Source: Candidatus Sulfomarinibacteraceae bacterium (GTDB taxonomy: Bacteria; Acidobacteriota; Thermoanaerobaculia; Thermoanaerobaculales; Sulfomarinibacteraceae). From it: 64,000 nucleotides of DNA. The stretch spans positions 64,001-128,000 of the forward strand of contig CAWCLO010000007.1 in NCBI GenBank assembly GCA_963796455.1. Reading direction: 5' to 3'. The notes beneath the pieces are model-generated. The model made no database searches and had not been told where the DNA came from. It worked only from the letters and a program-made list of their open reading frames with translations. The translations under genes and the position numbers were made by a program. Positions 61,923 through 64,000 of this stretch are shown here, in pieces. Position 1 is the stretch's first letter; each line of letters starts with the position of its first letter.

Positions 61923-63752
61923 ATGGAACGATTTGGACGATACATACTGGTCGACAAGATCTCCTCCGGGGGCATGGCCGATGTCTACCGTGCAAAGGTC
62001 GTCGGAATTCGCGGCTTCACCAAAACAGTCGCCATCAAAAGGATTCACCCCCACCTCCTCGAGCGCACCCGCTTTCTGCGCATGTTCACCGATGAGGCCA
62101 AAATCGCATCGCGTCTGGTGCACCCGAATATCGTCCAGATTTTCGACCTCGGCGAGGATGACGGTTCTCCCTACATCGCGATGGAATATGTCGCCGGCCG
62201 GGATGTATTTCGAGTCCTTCAAAGGCTTGGTTCGCTGGACCGTAAATGCCCGTGGCGGCTTGCAACGAGGATCGTTCAGGATGTTTGTACGGGTCTGCAG
62301 TTTGCGCACGAGTTCCGCTCCCCGGACGGACAACCCCAGGAGATCGTCCACCGGGACGTGAGCCCACGCAATATCATCATCACCTACGACGGCCAAGTAA
62401 AACTCACCGATTTCGGAGTCGCTCGAGCCCGCGATCGCGAGGAACACACCGAACACGGGATCATCAAAGGAAAGGTTCGGTACCTCAGCCCGGAAGCTGC
62501 CCACGCCAAGGAGGTGGACAGGCGATCCGATCTCTTCTCGCTCGGAATCGTTTTTGCCGAAATGCTGATCATGGCGCCGCTGCGCACCGGCGACAACGAA
62601 ATGGCGATGCTCCTGGACATTCGAAAAGGCGAGTTTGATCGCAAACGATTCGCCAAGGTTTCGAGACCCCTTCGAGCCGTGCTCGATAAGGCGCTCGAAA
62701 CGGAGCCCGACCACCGATATGCCACCGCTTTCGACTTTGCCAACGACCTCGCGAACCGATACGACAAAAACAGCGAACCCATGAACCAGGCCGAGGTCGC
62801 GACCTTTATGCACTCGCTCTTTGCCGAAGATATCGAGCAAGAAGAGGAGCGCGACCAGGTGGTGGAACGCGAACTTCGGAACACGACATTCGAGCCTGAG
62901 GTTCCACAAAACACACAGCAGCAACTTCCCGGTGTGCCGAAAGAGCCGGAAGATCAGAACGGGAACCCTCTCAATATTTTCGCCGGCCGCGGTGCCGGTC
63001 CGGTCGCCGTGCCTGCCGTCGAGACCGAACAGCGGCACCGCGGACCGGCAACGATGGTTGGCACCCTCGAAGAGGTCTCGCTGTGCAGCCTTCTCTATCA
63101 GCTCAGCGAAAAGAAGGTCACCGGCGTCGTGGAATTTCACCGCGAACCGGTCAAGAAATCGATTGATCTCGTCGATGGGGATCCGGTCTTTGCCAACTCA
63201 AACGTCGAGAGCGAGCTCTTTGGCGAACACCTCGTGGCGCAGAAAATCCTCTCCAGAGAACAGCACGCCGAGACTCTTGATTTTGCGGCCCGCAAGGGCC
63301 TCCGTTTCAGCGAAGCGCTTTTGGCGCTTGATGCATGCACCCCCAACGTGCTTTTCCAACAACTCGGCGGCCAGGTCCGGAACCGCATACTCGACCTTTT
63401 CAGCTGGATCAACGGGTCTTTTGCCGTTTACGAGGGAGCGAAGATCCACGAGGCCGGTCTGCCGCTCAACCTGAGAAGCCACACCCTGATCCACGAGGGC
63501 GTACAGGAACGAATGCCACTCTTGGTTATTCGGAGGTTCATGGACGGTCGGGCCAGAAAAACAGTCCTCCGGCACCCCGGCGAGATCCCGGCAGATCTCC
63601 AACTCTCGGGTCGCCAGCAACGGATCCTTCGTTCGATCGAAAGTGAAATCATCACCGTCGAGGGTCTGATCCGCCTCGAACGGGACGAGGAGTGGCTGCT
63701 GCGTCTTTTGTACATGCTGCACGAGATCCAGCGCATCGTTTTCCGGGACTGA
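61923..63752 (+). CDS. Hanks-type Ser/Thr kinase with C-terminal DUF4388-like domain
   Basis: GGMADVY, AIK, HRDVSPRN, DFG and YLSPE motifs; C-terminal GTLEEVSLCSLL...FSWINGSF. Confidence 0.92.
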   Translation: MERFGRYILVDKISSGGMADVYRAKVVGIRGFTKTVAIKRIHPHLLERTRFLRMFTDEAKIASRLVHPNIVQIFDLGEDDGSPYIAMEYVAGRDVFRVLQRLGSLDRKCPWRLATRIVQDVCTGLQFAHEFRSPDGQPQEIVHRDVSPRNIIITYDGQVKLTDFGVARARDREEHTEHGIIKGKVRYLSPEAAHAKEVDRRSDLFSLGIVFAEMLIMAPLRTGDNEMAMLLDIRKGEFDRKRFAKVSRPLRAVLDKALETEPDHRYATAFDFANDLANRYDKNSEPMNQAEVATFMHSLFAEDIEQEEERDQVVERELRNTTFEPEVPQNTQQQLPGVPKEPEDQNGNPLNIFAGRGAGPVAVPAVETEQRHRGPATMVGTLEEVSLCSLLYQLSEKKVTGVVEFHREPVKKSIDLVDGDPVFANSNVESELFGEHLVAQKILSREQHAETLDFAARKGLRFSEALLALDACTPNVLFQQLGGQVRNRILDLFSWINGSFAVYEGAKIHEAGLPLNLRSHTLIHEGVQERMPLLVIRRFMDGRARKTVLRHPGEIPADLQLSGRQQRILRSIESEIITVEGLIRLERDEEWLLRLLYMLHEIQRIVFRD

Positions 63753-63763
63753 GCAACGACGCG

Positions 63764-64000
63764 ATGATTGGATGGAAGGGGCCGCTCGCATGGATGGCGG
63801 CCGGCACCGCATTGTGGATCGCTGCCGGTCTTATCGATCGAAATACCGAGGTCGAGGTGTATTCGAATGGGAACCGCGTCCACCTGACGGTCGCGGATAC
63901 CGATCTTTCTGCTTCGATCGTGGCCGGCCCGATCTCGCGGATCGAGATCATCGCCATGGATTCCGTCGACCCACCGGGCGGCCTCGGAATGACCATCGCG
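63764..64000 (+). CDS. Membrane/secreted protein, 3'-truncated by window edge
   Basis: Frame open to the window end: MIGWKGPLAWMAAGTALWIAAGL... Confidence 0.5.
   Translation, partial: MIGWKGPLAWMAAGTALWIAAGLIDRNTEVEVYSNGNRVHLTVADTDLSASIVAGPISRIEIIAMDSVDPPGGLGMTIA

Overview
GC-rich bacterial chromosomal segment with about 70 genes. The gene style suggests an anaerobic or facultative Acidobacteriota (Thermoanaerobaculia-like) or Deltaproteobacteria-like organism; this is inference only. Housekeeping content: hpt, dnaK-hspR-sigma70, fadN-fadA, kdsB(frameshifted)-pyrG-kdsA-kdsD, an EPS export pair, a DEAD/DEAH helicase, DUF1501/DUF1800 and a Ser/Thr kinase. There is also an rrf2-macrodomain-NarI/DsrM-like-(CCG Fe-S + receiver)-PAS kinase redox operon and a ~10 kb run of small accessory genes. 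No rRNA, tRNA, CRISPR array, integrase or transposase was seen. The most striking signal is non-coding: intergenic spaces carry a nested repeat system. Short-period (6-9 nt) tandem tracts start at or near stop codons and come as inverted pairs. A ~460-500 bp element with terminal inverted repeats sits inside the heptamer tracts, and removing it plus one flanking AT restores the heptamer register. That element carries a 51-bp REP-like doublet at its centre. Also found and absent from the ORF track: a CxxU AhpD/CMD-like selenoprotein with a SECIS-like hairpin (41053-41346), a candidate structured RNA (24210-24367), a FadR-type box, a HAIR-like operator over the dnaK promoter, and a paired TetR-type operator.
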